From positions 10,741-74,740 of IMG/VR virus record IMGVR_UViG_3300049460_000157: DNA of 64,000 bases; one strand, 5' to 3'. The notes beneath the pieces were generated by a model. The model was not told the DNA's origin and made no database searches. It saw nothing but the letters and a program-made list of their open reading frames with translations. The translations under genes were made by a program, and so were the position numbers. Positions within the stretch are counted from its first letter, which is position 1; each line of letters opens with the position of its first letter. The DNA comes from a virus. Shown piece by piece: positions 9,136-17,544 of this stretch.

Positions 9136-10725
9136 TCACACGATGTAGGAAGACAGTCCGCTTGGGTCTGACTCCCGATGCTCTTCCTCGTAGATCTGAA
9201 CTTCAGACGGCGTAGCAGGGGCGCTGTCGCTGGGGCGCCAGGGCTTGAGGAATCCGAGCATCGAGATGGTGTCGATGAAGTCGTCCTTGCCTTTGATGCC
9301 CGACGATGTGACCAGCTTGATCTGGCCCATTGCGATGCCCATGATGACGCTGTGCTTCATCTCATCCGGGAAGTAGAACTTACCGGCCTTGAACCAAGGA
9401 ACTACAAGATTGAAGCGGGAGAGCTTGTCGGTGATTGGGCGTATACCAGGGGTTCCACTCTTCTCCGACGACGCGAAGTTGAACCAGACATTCCGGTTCA
9501 TCATCTCGGTCTGGAGCCAGGAAATGAAGCCACCCTGCTGTCCCGTGATCTCGATGCCTACCTGCTGGGGTTTATATAGTTGTACCAGGCGAAACAGGTC
9601 GTTGACTGTCTTGTCCATCTTCTGACGTTCACAGATACCGTCAACCCAGAACCAGTCGCCATTGGAATTGTAAGCCCAAACACTGATGACAGAGTAGTCA
9701 GCTGTCTGTTTTTCGGACGTTGCGAAGTCTGTGGTGATATAGAAATTAAAACTGTTGCGGTTCTCCAAAAGATTGGTCCGCTTGTACCACCGGATCTCGT
9801 CGTCCTGGACCAGTCGTTCTTCCTCCGAACTGATACGCAGCATCAGTTCCTGCATGAATCCGGAGACTTTCCCGGTCAGCACCGCCATGTCGTACTGCTC
9901 TTTGACGTACTTGTAGCTGAAGCGATCCTCCCAGGCGCCGACGAAATCCGCCTCCTCGCACGGGAAACGCTCGCAGACCGGCCACACGTTCACGTCCCAG
10001 GCGCCCGATTCGACTGCCTCGATCAGGATGTCTTCCTTGTTGAACGGCGTGCCGTTGAAGACGACCTTGCGGCGTGTCGGATCCAGTGCGTGATTCACAC
10101 CCTTGTAGACCGTGTCCTTGATGGCGACCATCGCCGCCTTGGACTTCGAGTCGTCATCACTCACCAGGTCATCGAGCACCGCCACGACCGGCCGCTTGCC
10201 GAAGATCTTCGTCCCACGCAGGCCCGTCTTCGCACCGAACATCTTGATGCCGATGCGGTGCCCTTCCCGGTTCTGGAACTCTATGTAGTTGTCCGTGAAG
10301 GAGGCGTGCGGAATCCACTCCTGCAGGAACTCAGAGTTGTTGTACCGGAACTCAATGTTCTTTCGGGCAGACTTAACGCCGTTGTCCATTGAGTCAGATA
10401 CATAGATCATCCCCTCAACCTTACCGAAGCCTGGGATGTATCCGAACATACCGAGGAACAGTGAAAAATACTCCATGAACAAAGTAGTTTTCGCTGCACC
10501 CCGGAAGCAGAGGTTCGCAATATAGTCAGACTTCGATTCAACCACCTTGTCGAGCATCTTCAGATGCACTGGTGGGGTCTTGTGGGATTCGCCCTGCTCT
10601 CCATTCGCCAACTTGATAAAGTTCATGAAGGTCAGGGCAAACACACTTGGCGTGTAACTCGGTGCATTCAGGTCTTTGTAACTGACCTGATCGAGCCACG
10701 CATCCAGCTCCTGTTTGATGAGCAT
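9136..10725 (-). CDS. terL: terminase large subunit (N4 gp68-like)
   Basis: Walker A-like CFRGAAKTT, Walker B VLDDL, coupling GTP motif, RNase H-like nuclease (TDFA...DYS, DDFIDTISML). Confidence 0.95.
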   Translation of the reverse strand: MLIKQELDAWLDQVSYKDLNAPSYTPSVFALTFMNFIKLANGEQGESHKTPPVHLKMLDKVVESKSDYIANLCFRGAAKTTLFMEYFSLFLGMFGYIPGFGKVEGMIYVSDSMDNGVKSARKNIEFRYNNSEFLQEWIPHASFTDNYIEFQNREGHRIGIKMFGAKTGLRGTKIFGKRPVVAVLDDLVSDDDSKSKAAMVAIKDTVYKGVNHALDPTRRKVVFNGTPFNKEDILIEAVESGAWDVNVWPVCERFPCEEADFVGAWEDRFSYKYVKEQYDMAVLTGKVSGFMQELMLRISSEEERLVQDDEIRWYKRTNLLENRNSFNFYITTDFATSEKQTADYSVISVWAYNSNGDWFWVDGICERQKMDKTVNDLFRLVQLYKPQQVGIEITGQQGGFISWLQTEMMNRNVWFNFASSEKSGTPGIRPITDKLSRFNLVVPWFKAGKFYFPDEMKHSVIMGIAMGQIKLVTSSGIKGKDDFIDTISMLGFLKPWRPSDSAPATPSEVQIYEEEHRESDPSGLSSYIV

Positions 10726-11402
10726 CAGATTTCTTTGGCCTCCACATCAATGATCCGTTGACCGGCGATCTCTTTCGCCGTCACACCGGAGAGAATCAGG
10801 TTGCGTTGCTGTTCGGCCAGTTTCCCGAGCATGTCCTTCATCTCGGTCATGCCACTGGACTCCTTCATGTCGATGTTGATCAGCGGGCCGGCTTCCTTCG
10901 GCTTGGCCAGGTGCGTGAGGATCGAGTTGGCTGCGTCCGTGCGCACCTTCTCCGACACCGCCTCGACCATCAGCTTGGCCTGCACGTTCAGGGCTTTCTG
11001 GTACAGATCCTGGTTGAGCACCCAGCTCGGCACGAGCGACTGTTCCAGGATCAGGTTGACGAGCTTGCCCTTGGCGTACGCGGACACGTACGCGGAGATG
11101 TCCTTCTCGCTGGTTCCCTTGGCCATCAGGTTGGCCATGCGGCTCGGGAACGTCTTGAAGTAGGCGTCCTTGTTCGAGTCGCCCATCAGCTTGTAGCTGA
11201 CGAAGGCCACCGCGTGGACGTAGTCCTCGGTCTTGAACTTGCCGTCCTTCAGCACCGCGGTGTAGCTGATGAAGTTGTTGCGCACCTGCTCGGCAATCAG
11301 CGGATCGGCGGCGATGTTGTTCACCAGATCCACCAGCTGCGGCGTGATCGCACTCTTCAGGTTCGCGGGTACCGCCCGCTCGACGATTTCTTTGGTTAGC
11401 AC
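10725..11402 (-). CDS. N4 gp69-like protein (putative terminase small subunit)
   Basis: RNNFISYTAVL, AVAFVSYKLMG, AANSILTHL motifs; adjacent to terL. Confidence 0.8.
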   Translation of the reverse strand: MLTKEIVERAVPANLKSAITPQLVDLVNNIAADPLIAEQVRNNFISYTAVLKDGKFKTEDYVHAVAFVSYKLMGDSNKDAYFKTFPSRMANLMAKGTSEKDISAYVSAYAKGKLVNLILEQSLVPSWVLNQDLYQKALNVQAKLMVEAVSEKVRTDAANSILTHLAKPKEAGPLINIDMKESSGMTEMKDMLGKLAEQQRNLILSGVTAKEIAGQRIIDVEAKEI

Positions 11403-11467
11403 TTCTTCTTCCCCGTTAACTGGCGAGGGGCACCGGAGTGCCCCACGTTTTCAGCCTGTCGTTACTG

Positions 11468-12283
11468 TCAGGCGGCTGCCTTGAACTTCGCCGCTTCCTT
11501 CTCTTCCGCCCGCTTGAGCCGGCGCTGCAGGTACCAGAGGTAATCCTCCATGCCACCCGACTGCTTGAGCAGCTCGCGCCGCTCGATGTCCGGCAGTGCC
11601 TCGTAGTCCGGCGTCAGCAGGAAGGTCTTCAGCTTGGTGAGGCGCTCGCCCAGTTCTTCGGCCTCGACCTTCATGCGCTCGATGAAAGTCGTCTTGCGGG
11701 GTTCGGCGCCGACCGTGTAGGCCTTCTCGAATACATCCCTGGGTGACCAGGAGATGTAGCCGGCAAAGCCTTCGACGTTCGGCTTGCCGCCGTCCGTGTA
11801 CTCGACGAGGTAGCCCGGCGTTTCCGGATCCTCGTTCTCGGGGATCGTCCAGCCGCGCACGGCGTTGTAGGTGCCCAGGTTCATCGGCACGCCGCGGACC
11901 ACCTTGGTGCCGACATACGTCAGCGGACGGGAGCCAAGGAGGGAAACGATCGCTCCGGTTGCCGGCCCTGCCCGGTCGATCAGCTCCAGCTTGCGGGCCA
12001 GCTCGAAACCGAGCAGCGGCCAGATCTGACCGACCGCATCCTTCTTCGCCAGCTCGCGCCCGATGTCCGGGTTGAAGTTTTCCTTGCTCACGCAGCTCGA
12101 CTTGCCGACCGAGCTGAAGCGGCCACCGGCCATCGACAGCTGGGCAATCGTGGTCGTGCCATCCTGGAGCAGCGTGTAGCTCTCGTCCTGGATCGCGGCC
12201 ATGACCTGTTCAAGGGTCACGCGGGGAGCAACGGCAGCGGCCGCCAGTTGTGCTTCGGTGATAGGTGCATGCGGTGCATTCAT
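11468..12283 (-). CDS. three-domain fusion: N4 Gp49/Sf6 gp66-family domain + SWSP-motif domain + crAss001_48-like helical domain (candidate anti-defence protein)
   Basis: APRVT...G.SSCVSKENFNPDIGRELA...IWPLLGF; YVGTK...GYLVEY.DG...YISWSPRDVFEKAY; ERMKVEAEEL.ERL.KL..FL...M..YL..L.RR. Confidence 0.7.
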   Translation of the reverse strand: MNAPHAPITEAQLAAAAVAPRVTLEQVMAAIQDESYTLLQDGTTTIAQLSMAGGRFSSVGKSSCVSKENFNPDIGRELAKKDAVGQIWPLLGFELARKLELIDRAGPATGAIVSLLGSRPLTYVGTKVVRGVPMNLGTYNAVRGWTIPENEDPETPGYLVEYTDGGKPNVEGFAGYISWSPRDVFEKAYTVGAEPRKTTFIERMKVEAEELGERLTKLKTFLLTPDYEALPDIERRELLKQSGGMEDYLWYLQRRLKRAEEKEAAKFKAAA

Positions 12284-12480
12284 CTTGCTGGTCCCTTTTC
12301 TGTTCGGTAGTCCACAAATAGACTGAATATAGTTTAGAGTCTATTTAGATAATAGTCTATACTTCCTCAAACAAATCTCTATTCCATATGGGAATGGGAG
12401 GGCGTCAGCTATGGCTGCTTCGCAACAGGAAGGGGAAAAACAGAAAAACCGAGAAAAATCTTTCCACCAAGTTACCTTGG

Positions 12481-12489
12481 TGTTAACCT
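12481..12489 (+). promoter_or_regulatory. extended -10 promoter candidate for the ncRNA
   Basis: TG-T-TAACCT about 7 nt upstream of the first hairpin of a structured, terminator-bounded region. Confidence 0.45.
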
Positions 12490-12495
12490 GGCTTT

Positions 12496-12714
12496 GCGTT
12501 TCCTTCCGAAAGCGGAAACGTGGTTGATGGGCTGGTGATGTGGCCTTCGTCTTGACCCCAGTGGAGAGTGGGGCTAATAACTTCCACAGTTGAGGCTGTC
12601 AGACTCCTTCACACCTTCGGGTGTGCGCTTCACGACAAGTGACTCAACCCGGTGTCTGTATCGGTCAAGCAGAGGAAAGCCGAGAACACCCCCGCATGTG
12701 TTCTCGGCTTTTTT
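12496..12714 (+). ncRNA. putative ~220-nt structured non-coding RNA
   Basis: Nested stems (GCGTTTCC/GGAAACGT, CTTGACC/GGTCAAG, GTTGAG/CTCAAC, CACAC-cUUCGg-GTGTG) ending in a strong terminator; no credible ORF. Confidence 0.6.
12676..12714 (+). terminator. Rho-independent terminator
   Basis: AAAGCCGAGAACAC / GTGTTCTCGGCTTT perfect 14-bp stem plus T-run. Confidence 0.85.
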
Positions 12715-12829
12715 GTGTCTACGACCTCTAAGTTATATCTAAGCGGCCGCTCACCTTCCACTGAAGACCTGTTCTGTCTGGCTCAGGACAGACAGTTAGT
12801 TGCATCACTGGAGCCAAGGGAAAGAAGGA

Positions 12830-13072
12830 TCAGCCGGCATCAGCATTAACCCGGCTCACCAGCACCTGGATCTGGGCTGCGTCTCCCTCAGTCTGATAGC
12901 CCATGGTCAGCATTTCCCAGTACATCTGCACGCCCAGGGCCATGCCCTTGAGCAACCGGATCGTGTACTCGTCCGTCTCCTTATCCGCCTGGTCCGCATA
13001 GCGCCTGAGCTGCTTCTCAGTCGCCGCGGTGATCTCTTCGTAAGTCCACATCCTGACGCTCTGGATACTCAT
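12830..13072 (-). CDS. hypothetical protein
   Basis: 80 aa, GGAGG RBS, phage-like codon usage. Confidence 0.65.
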   Translation of the reverse strand: MSIQSVRMWTYEEITAATEKQLRRYADQADKETDEYTIRLLKGMALGVQMYWEMLTMGYQTEGDAAQIQVLVSRVNADAG

Positions 13073-13079
13073 ACGACCT

Positions 13080-13262
13080 CCTAGTTATGTCGCGTATAGG
13101 GTAAAATTTCGCCCAAATTTTTTGGGGAAAGGGTTCGGCAGAAAGTGATAGGTACGTCTCACTGCAGGGTTGGGCCTCTGGCCCTACACCTTACACATAC
13201 ACTACCCCCCCGGTCATTCCGGGATGGTGGGATCTAGGTGCCACCCCTTGTTATCACGCATA
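13080..13262. other. probable genome end / terminal-repeat region
   Basis: Non-coding strand-switch zone between the terminase block and the first vRNAP promoter, with homopolymer runs (TTTTTTGGGG, ACTACCCCCCCGGT); N4-like genomes end here. Confidence 0.55.
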
Positions 13263-13266
13263 CACG

Positions 13267-13287
13267 GGCGCTCCGCGCCTTGTGGAT
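13267..13287 (+). promoter_or_regulatory. virion-RNAP early hairpin promoter 1
   Basis: GGCGC-TCC-GCGCC-TTGTGGA; the template strand forms a 5-bp stem with C-GGA-G triloop as in N4 early promoters. Confidence 0.85.
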
Positions 13288-13323
13288 ATCCGTCCATAAC
13301 CTGTACTTACTTGGAGTTTGACC

Positions 13324-13629
13324 ATGGCAAACCTTCGTCTCACGCTCGGCGCTGTATTCGGTGCAGTTACTGGTGCTGCTGATGCAGTCACCAACACCCT
13401 CAACGCTGCCAACACTGGTGTGGCAATGCTGAGTCGTTCTGTCTCTGATGCTAGTGAGCGTCAGGTTGTACGTGCTGGCTTCGACAGCAAGGTCTTCAAG
13501 GCTACTGTCAAGCAGGAAAAGGCTAAGGAACTGACTGTGTCTCGTCTGGAGATCAAGCAGTTCATTGCTCAGTCTGCTGATCATGCAACTTTGTACGAAG
13601 CTGCGTTCAACGAACTCGAAGCTGCCTAA
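13324..13629 (+). CDS. first early gene (N4-like gp1-type protein)
   Basis: 101 aa helical protein with GGAG RBS directly after vRNAP promoter 1; T-ending codon bias. Confidence 0.7.
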   Translation: MANLRLTLGAVFGAVTGAADAVTNTLNAANTGVAMLSRSVSDASERQVVRAGFDSKVFKATVKQEKAKELTVSRLEIKQFIAQSADHATLYEAAFNELEAA

Positions 13630-13692
13630 ACGTAGGCTAAACGCTGGCCACCTCGGTGGTCAGCAAACCTACTTCGTAGATAGCTATGCGCA

Positions 13693-13724
13693 CAGTTAAC
13701 TGATAGTTGACTGTTAGTTAACTG
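13693..13724. repeat. three tandem palindromic AGTTAACT boxes (11-bp period), operator-like
   Basis: CAGTTAACTG, TAGTTGACTG, TAGTTAACTG; a further copy CAGTTAACTA at 14628. Confidence 0.6.
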
Positions 13725-13730
13725 CTACCC

Positions 13731-13783
13731 AAGGACTGATAGCTCAGGTCACTCATCCATGAGTTGAGCTTTCGGTCTTTTTT
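13731..13783 (+). terminator. long hairpin with U-tract
   Basis: AAGGACTGA/TCGGTCTTT, AGCTCA/TGAGCT and ACTCAT/ATGAGT nested stems followed by a T-run. Confidence 0.65.
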
Positions 13784-13818
13784 ATTCACCACTATTAGAT
13801 ATAAGTTTGAGGTACACC

Positions 13819-14022
13819 ATGAGCAACATCGTCAACGTGATCTGCATCCTGCTGTTCATCTTCATTGGTATCGGGTTCATCGGTTGGGGCTGTGCCCAGA
13901 TGATGTACATCGTGCCCTACTTCAATCGCTGGAGCGACCTGTTCGGGTTGCTCTTTGGCACAGCCTTCATTGGGCTGGCCTACCTGGCTTACCTGGATTC
14001 ATCCCTTCAACGCCATTTCTAG
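13819..14022 (+). CDS. small two-TM membrane protein
   Basis: 67 aa, two hydrophobic helices, GAGG RBS. Confidence 0.65.
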   Translation: MSNIVNVICILLFIFIGIGFIGWGCAQMMYIVPYFNRWSDLFGLLFGTAFIGLAYLAYLDSSLQRHF

Positions 14023-14032
14023 GAGGCCATTC

Positions 14033-14365
14033 ATGGCTGCTACTGCTCAGGAAATATTCCAGTTCCCGACACCGCCAACACTCATTGGCCAGCTTCGGGT
14101 GGACTGTGAGAAGTTGCTCGAACGTACCCGTGAAGCCCTGCTGGAAGCACGGGATGAAACGGATGTGCGCTGGATCCGTGATGCTGCGATCCGCTCGCTC
14201 AAGGACATCTTCAAGGATGTTCCGACATTCAATGATCCATATGTCCTGCTCAAGCTAGACACGCTCGAGCTCGTCGACAGCGAATGCGCCATAGGTCACT
14301 GCAATGCCCTGATCCGCACACGCAAGTGGCGCAAGGCATTGATTACACGCTACTTCGGAGTCTGA
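14033..14365 (+). CDS. hypothetical early protein
   Basis: Start MAATAQEIF with AGGAGG RBS. Confidence 0.65.
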   Translation: MAATAQEIFQFPTPPTLIGQLRVDCEKLLERTREALLEARDETDVRWIRDAAIRSLKDIFKDVPTFNDPYVLLKLDTLELVDSECAIGHCNALIRTRKWRKALITRYFGV

Positions 14366-14367
14366 GC

Positions 14368-14553
14368 ATGCAGGTCTACACCTCGGCATTCGTGCAAGGG
14401 ATGCTCGACGCACGCACGGAGTTCGATCTGCGTGTGCGTGATCCGGAAAACAAAACAGTGGTCTGTCCGTTCGATCCGTCCACCGAGTCACAGCAATGGG
14501 ACTACTGGTGGGAGGGCTACAACGCTCACCGTGATCCCAAGATCGTCACCTGA
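14368..14553 (+). CDS. hypothetical early protein
   Basis: 61 aa with AFVQG..DA...CPF...W..WWEGY motif; GGAG RBS. Confidence 0.6.
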   Translation: MQVYTSAFVQGMLDARTEFDLRVRDPENKTVVCPFDPSTESQQWDYWWEGYNAHRDPKIVT

Positions 14554-14570
14554 TTTCAACACGTAGTTGT

Positions 14571-14589
14571 GCCGCTCCGCGGCTTTTGG
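14571..14589 (+). promoter_or_regulatory. virion-RNAP early hairpin promoter 2
   Basis: GCCGC-TCC-GCGGC-TTTTGG, matching the N4 stem/GGA-loop/TTTTGG layout. Confidence 0.88.
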
Positions 14590-14661
14590 TTGGGGTCTCA
14601 GATCGAGACCCAATTTCTACTCTCTCTCAGTTAACTAGACATATCTTTGGAGTAATACATC

Positions 14662-15075
14662 ATGGGCGTCAATTTCGAAGCAAAAGATTTCGCAACCACG
14701 TTCGGCGCAAACAAGAACAAGTCGTCGGCCGCGGCCAATCAGGACCGTCCGAAGTCGGAGTTCTGGCTGAACATCGGCTACGTGGCCGAGGGTGCAGGCA
14801 AGGACGGTGACGACGCATTCGTGTCGCTGCCGGTCGGCATCCCGCTGGACACGCAGGAAAAGCTCAAGACCAACTCCAGCAATGCGGAGTTCGCCCAGCT
14901 TCAGGCTGCACGCAACGACCTGCTGGATCAGCTGCTGGAGTTCGCCAAGACGCTGAAGCCCGGCCAGGACGAGGTCTTCAACATCCAGGTGCAGATCCGT
15001 CGCATCAAGGAAGACACGCCGGTCAGCGTCGGTGAGGACAACAAGTTCGCACGCAAGCTGGCGTTTGCAGCGTAA
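14662..15075 (+). CDS. ssDNA-binding RNAP II transcription cofactor (N4 gp2 / Drc-like)
   Basis: KSEFWLNIGY...FVSLPVGIPLD...ARNDLLDQL...LKPG...QIRRI motifs; directly after an early promoter. Confidence 0.85.
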   Translation: MGVNFEAKDFATTFGANKNKSSAAANQDRPKSEFWLNIGYVAEGAGKDGDDAFVSLPVGIPLDTQEKLKTNSSNAEFAQLQAARNDLLDQLLEFAKTLKPGQDEVFNIQVQIRRIKEDTPVSVGEDNKFARKLAFAA

Positions 15076-15090
15076 ACACAACGTCAGGTC

Positions 15091-15128
15091 AGGAGGAGTG
15101 TGGCTATAATGCCACGCTCTTCCTATTT
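15091..15128 (+). terminator. hairpin/terminator after gp2
   Basis: AGGAGGAGTGTGGC / GCCACGCTCTTCCT 14-bp stem followed by ATTT. Confidence 0.6.
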
Positions 15129-15206
15129 AACTCTAATTGGATAGTCAGCTATCTAAAACCTAAGTTGGATAGGCAGGAGCATTTCGACGAAGACAACCTA
15201 AAGGAT

Positions 15207-15536
15207 ATGACTGTGAAGAAGCTGCTGATTTCGATGCTCGTTTTGCTGCCCCTGACTGCTCACGCAGATCTGGTCGCTTACACCACCAATGAGAGCAACG
15301 GACGCATCGAACTGCTGGACTCCACAGTCCCGGCGAGTCTCTGGAACATCCCTGGATGCATCAAGGCTCACGTCGCCCATGTCTGGGGCGATGGGATCGA
15401 TGACATCTACGGATGCTGGATTGCTTCCAGTGACACGGTCACGGTCACCTATCCGGGCGTCGGTCAGCGTACCTACGCAAGGACCAGATTTACGTTCAAA
15501 ACCCACCCTACCCCAACCAGCAAGGAAACGATGTGA
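15207..15536 (+). CDS. exported protein with signal peptide
   Basis: MTVKKLLISMLVLLPLTAHA-D signal peptide; Cys pair. Confidence 0.65.
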   Translation: MTVKKLLISMLVLLPLTAHADLVAYTTNESNGRIELLDSTVPASLWNIPGCIKAHVAHVWGDGIDDIYGCWIASSDTVTVTYPGVGQRTYARTRFTFKTHPTPTSKETM

Positions 15537-16072
15537 TTAACAAGAAGCTCAGCTACGCCGGCATTGGGCCGCGCAACACACCGCTCGAGGTGTGTGAGCA
15601 GATGGTGCATGTGGCGAAACAGATGGACGAGCAGGGCTGGATTGTCAGATCCGGCCACGCACAGGGCGCCGACCAGGCATGGGCCTGTGGTCATGCGCCT
15701 GAGAACCGTGAGATCTATCTGCCGTGGCACAGCTTCAACATCGTGGGTGAGCTGCCAGCCGGATTCCAGGTGAGTCCGGTCACACCGCAGCTCGAGGCCG
15801 TGGCCCGAGTTGCCCATCGTGGCTGGGACAATCTCAGACAGGGTGGCCAGAAACTGATGATGAGAAACGTCTCGATCATCCTCGGCCACAACCTGGACGA
15901 TCCGGTCCAGTTCGTGGCGTACTGGTCACCGCAGCGCAAGGTTCAGGGCGGCACAGGTAACGCTGTGCATCTCGCATCACTCTATGGCATCCCGAGTTTC
16001 AACATCGCGTTCGAAGAAGACCAGCAGGGCATGTCCTCATTCGTCGACTCGTTGCACGAAGGATGCACATGA
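15533..16072 (+). CDS. SLOG/DprA-like nucleotide-binding protein
   Basis: YAGIGPR, RSGHAQGAD, EIYLPW, RN..IILG, GGTGNAV.LA...IP.FN motifs. Confidence 0.75.
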   Translation: MINKKLSYAGIGPRNTPLEVCEQMVHVAKQMDEQGWIVRSGHAQGADQAWACGHAPENREIYLPWHSFNIVGELPAGFQVSPVTPQLEAVARVAHRGWDNLRQGGQKLMMRNVSIILGHNLDDPVQFVAYWSPQRKVQGGTGNAVHLASLYGIPSFNIAFEEDQQGMSSFVDSLHEGCT

Positions 16073-16103
16073 CGTAATCAATAAAAAAGCAGGAGAGCGG
16101 CCG

Positions 16104-16415
16104 ATGTCCAATCCGAGCCCCAAGGAAGTGCTGGAAGTATTGCGAATGTCCGAAGAACAGATGATGAAGGTTGACATCATCACCCTGTACCAGGCGTTTT
16201 ACGCGTTGCCTACCCACTATCCGCTGGCCATGTGCAATGCACAGACCGGTAAAGGGTTCGAGAAGCTGAACGAAGTTGAGCGCTCCATCGCAACACGTAT
16301 CGTGAAAGCCGTGCAACACCGCTGTCCCATGCCGAAGGTTGAACGCTGGAAGAAGTTCGAAGCGCCTGCGGCGAATGACTCAGCACCGCCAAAGCTGCGC
16401 ATCACGCATCACTAG
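16104..16415 (+). CDS. hypothetical protein
   Basis: Start MSNPSPKE with AGGAGA RBS. Confidence 0.6.
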   Translation: MSNPSPKEVLEVLRMSEEQMMKVDIITLYQAFYALPTHYPLAMCNAQTGKGFEKLNEVERSIATRIVKAVQHRCPMPKVERWKKFEAPAANDSAPPKLRITHH

Positions 16416-16464
16416 AACAATCAGATCTTGCCCTTAGTGTCACGTCATCAATAAGGACTACTAC

Positions 16465-16656
16465 GTGAAGAACTACCAGCAGACACCGAAGCAACGCCGG
16501 ATCCAGAAGAAGAAACTGGAGCTGAGCAAGCGTGCGGCCGCACATTGCAAGCCGCACTTCACTCCGCGGGAAAGCTGGACTTCGCGCAAGAAGGTGGGCG
16601 GTGTGCCGATGGCCATCCTCGACCACAAACAGCACGTTTATCACGGCTGGTGGTGA
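16465..16656 (+). CDS. small basic hypothetical protein
   Basis: GTG start with AAGGA RBS, 63 aa. Confidence 0.5.
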   Translation: MKNYQQTPKQRRIQKKKLELSKRAAAHCKPHFTPRESWTSRKKVGGVPMAILDHKQHVYHGWW

Positions 16657-16859
16657 GCCATGAGCCGATCACCATTCTGCGAATGCGATGGCTCGTTCGG
16701 TCACGAGTGTGGCGTCTGCATCACTGAGCGTCAGGACGCTGAAGCCGAGCGTCGATGGAATTAGCACAATCCCATCCACTGCATCTGCCCGGAAAGCGCT
16801 GCCTATCACACCCATGCCTGTAACCAGCAGGACTGGTCAAAGAACCAGGGACATTAGCC

Positions 16860-17146
16860 ATGGACAAGAAAGTCGCATTCGTCACCGATGTCCGCATCGT
16901 CGCATCCGATGACATCTGGCCCACAGAGTTCAGCCTGTGGGGCTTCTTCATGCTGCAAGGACTCATCGTTGTGGACTGCCCACAGGCCGCGGCGATGGCA
17001 AGAAGTTCCTGCCTGGTGAAGAGGTGCGCAGCACCAAGCTGATTCGCATGGACCCGGACAAAAACGAGTTCGAGACCATGAACACCATCTACAAGGTCGT
17101 CCCCAATGCACATGTCGATGTGTACCGGATGACCGATCCAACCTGA
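16860..17146 (+). pseudogene. frameshifted hypothetical gene
   Basis: MDKKVAFVTD...LIVVDCP continues in another frame as TGRGDGKKF.PGEEVRSTKL...ETMNTIY; one extra C at about 16980 would join them. Confidence 0.5.
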
Positions 17147-17160
17147 ACCAGGGAGCAAAG

Positions 17161-17544
17161 ATGCAATCGACGCTGCTCAGCCGCAGGGAGATCAACGATC
17201 TCTACCTCGGCAAATGTGAAATACCGGCCCAGTCCGAACTGCTCACCCAGTTCTACCGTGTGTACGCCGGCTGGCTGGTTGCAGGCGCACCGGAAGGAGT
17301 CATCTTCACCCGCTCGTCGGGACTGTGCCAGAACCTGAAGATGTACCTGCTGCAGACCGGCAAGAGCGATCGCCAGACCGTCACTGAGCTGGGGATGGAG
17401 ATGCGCAGGCAGTTCATCAACGCACGGCGCAACGATGCCTATCCGTTCGATGGCCACTCGGACAGCTACCAGCGTTCTGCTGGCGAGCGCAACTGCCACG
17501 CAAACGAAAACCGTATCAAGTGGGTGAATGAACATGCCGAATGA
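17161..17544 (+). CDS. hypothetical protein
   Basis: 127 aa, GGAG RBS, GLC.NL...YPF...RIKWV motif. Confidence 0.65.
   Translation: MQSTLLSRREINDLYLGKCEIPAQSELLTQFYRVYAGWLVAGAPEGVIFTRSSGLCQNLKMYLLQTGKSDRQTVTELGMEMRRQFINARRNDAYPFDGHSDSYQRSAGERNCHANENRIKWVNEHAE

Noticed and set aside
11427-11444. GGGGCAC-CGGA-GTGCCCC hairpin as a third vRNAP promoter
   Set aside because: The loop is 4 nt and a C-GGA-G triloop would break the stem; the TTnTGG start context is missing
12496-12714. tRNA gene(s) near the genome end, as in many N4-like phages
   Set aside because: No cloverleaf, T-arm GGTTCGA motif or acceptor stem with CCA found
15105-15110. Perfect TATAAT in a hairpin loop as a promoter
   Set aside because: No -35 or TG extension at the right spacing; better explained as a terminator loop
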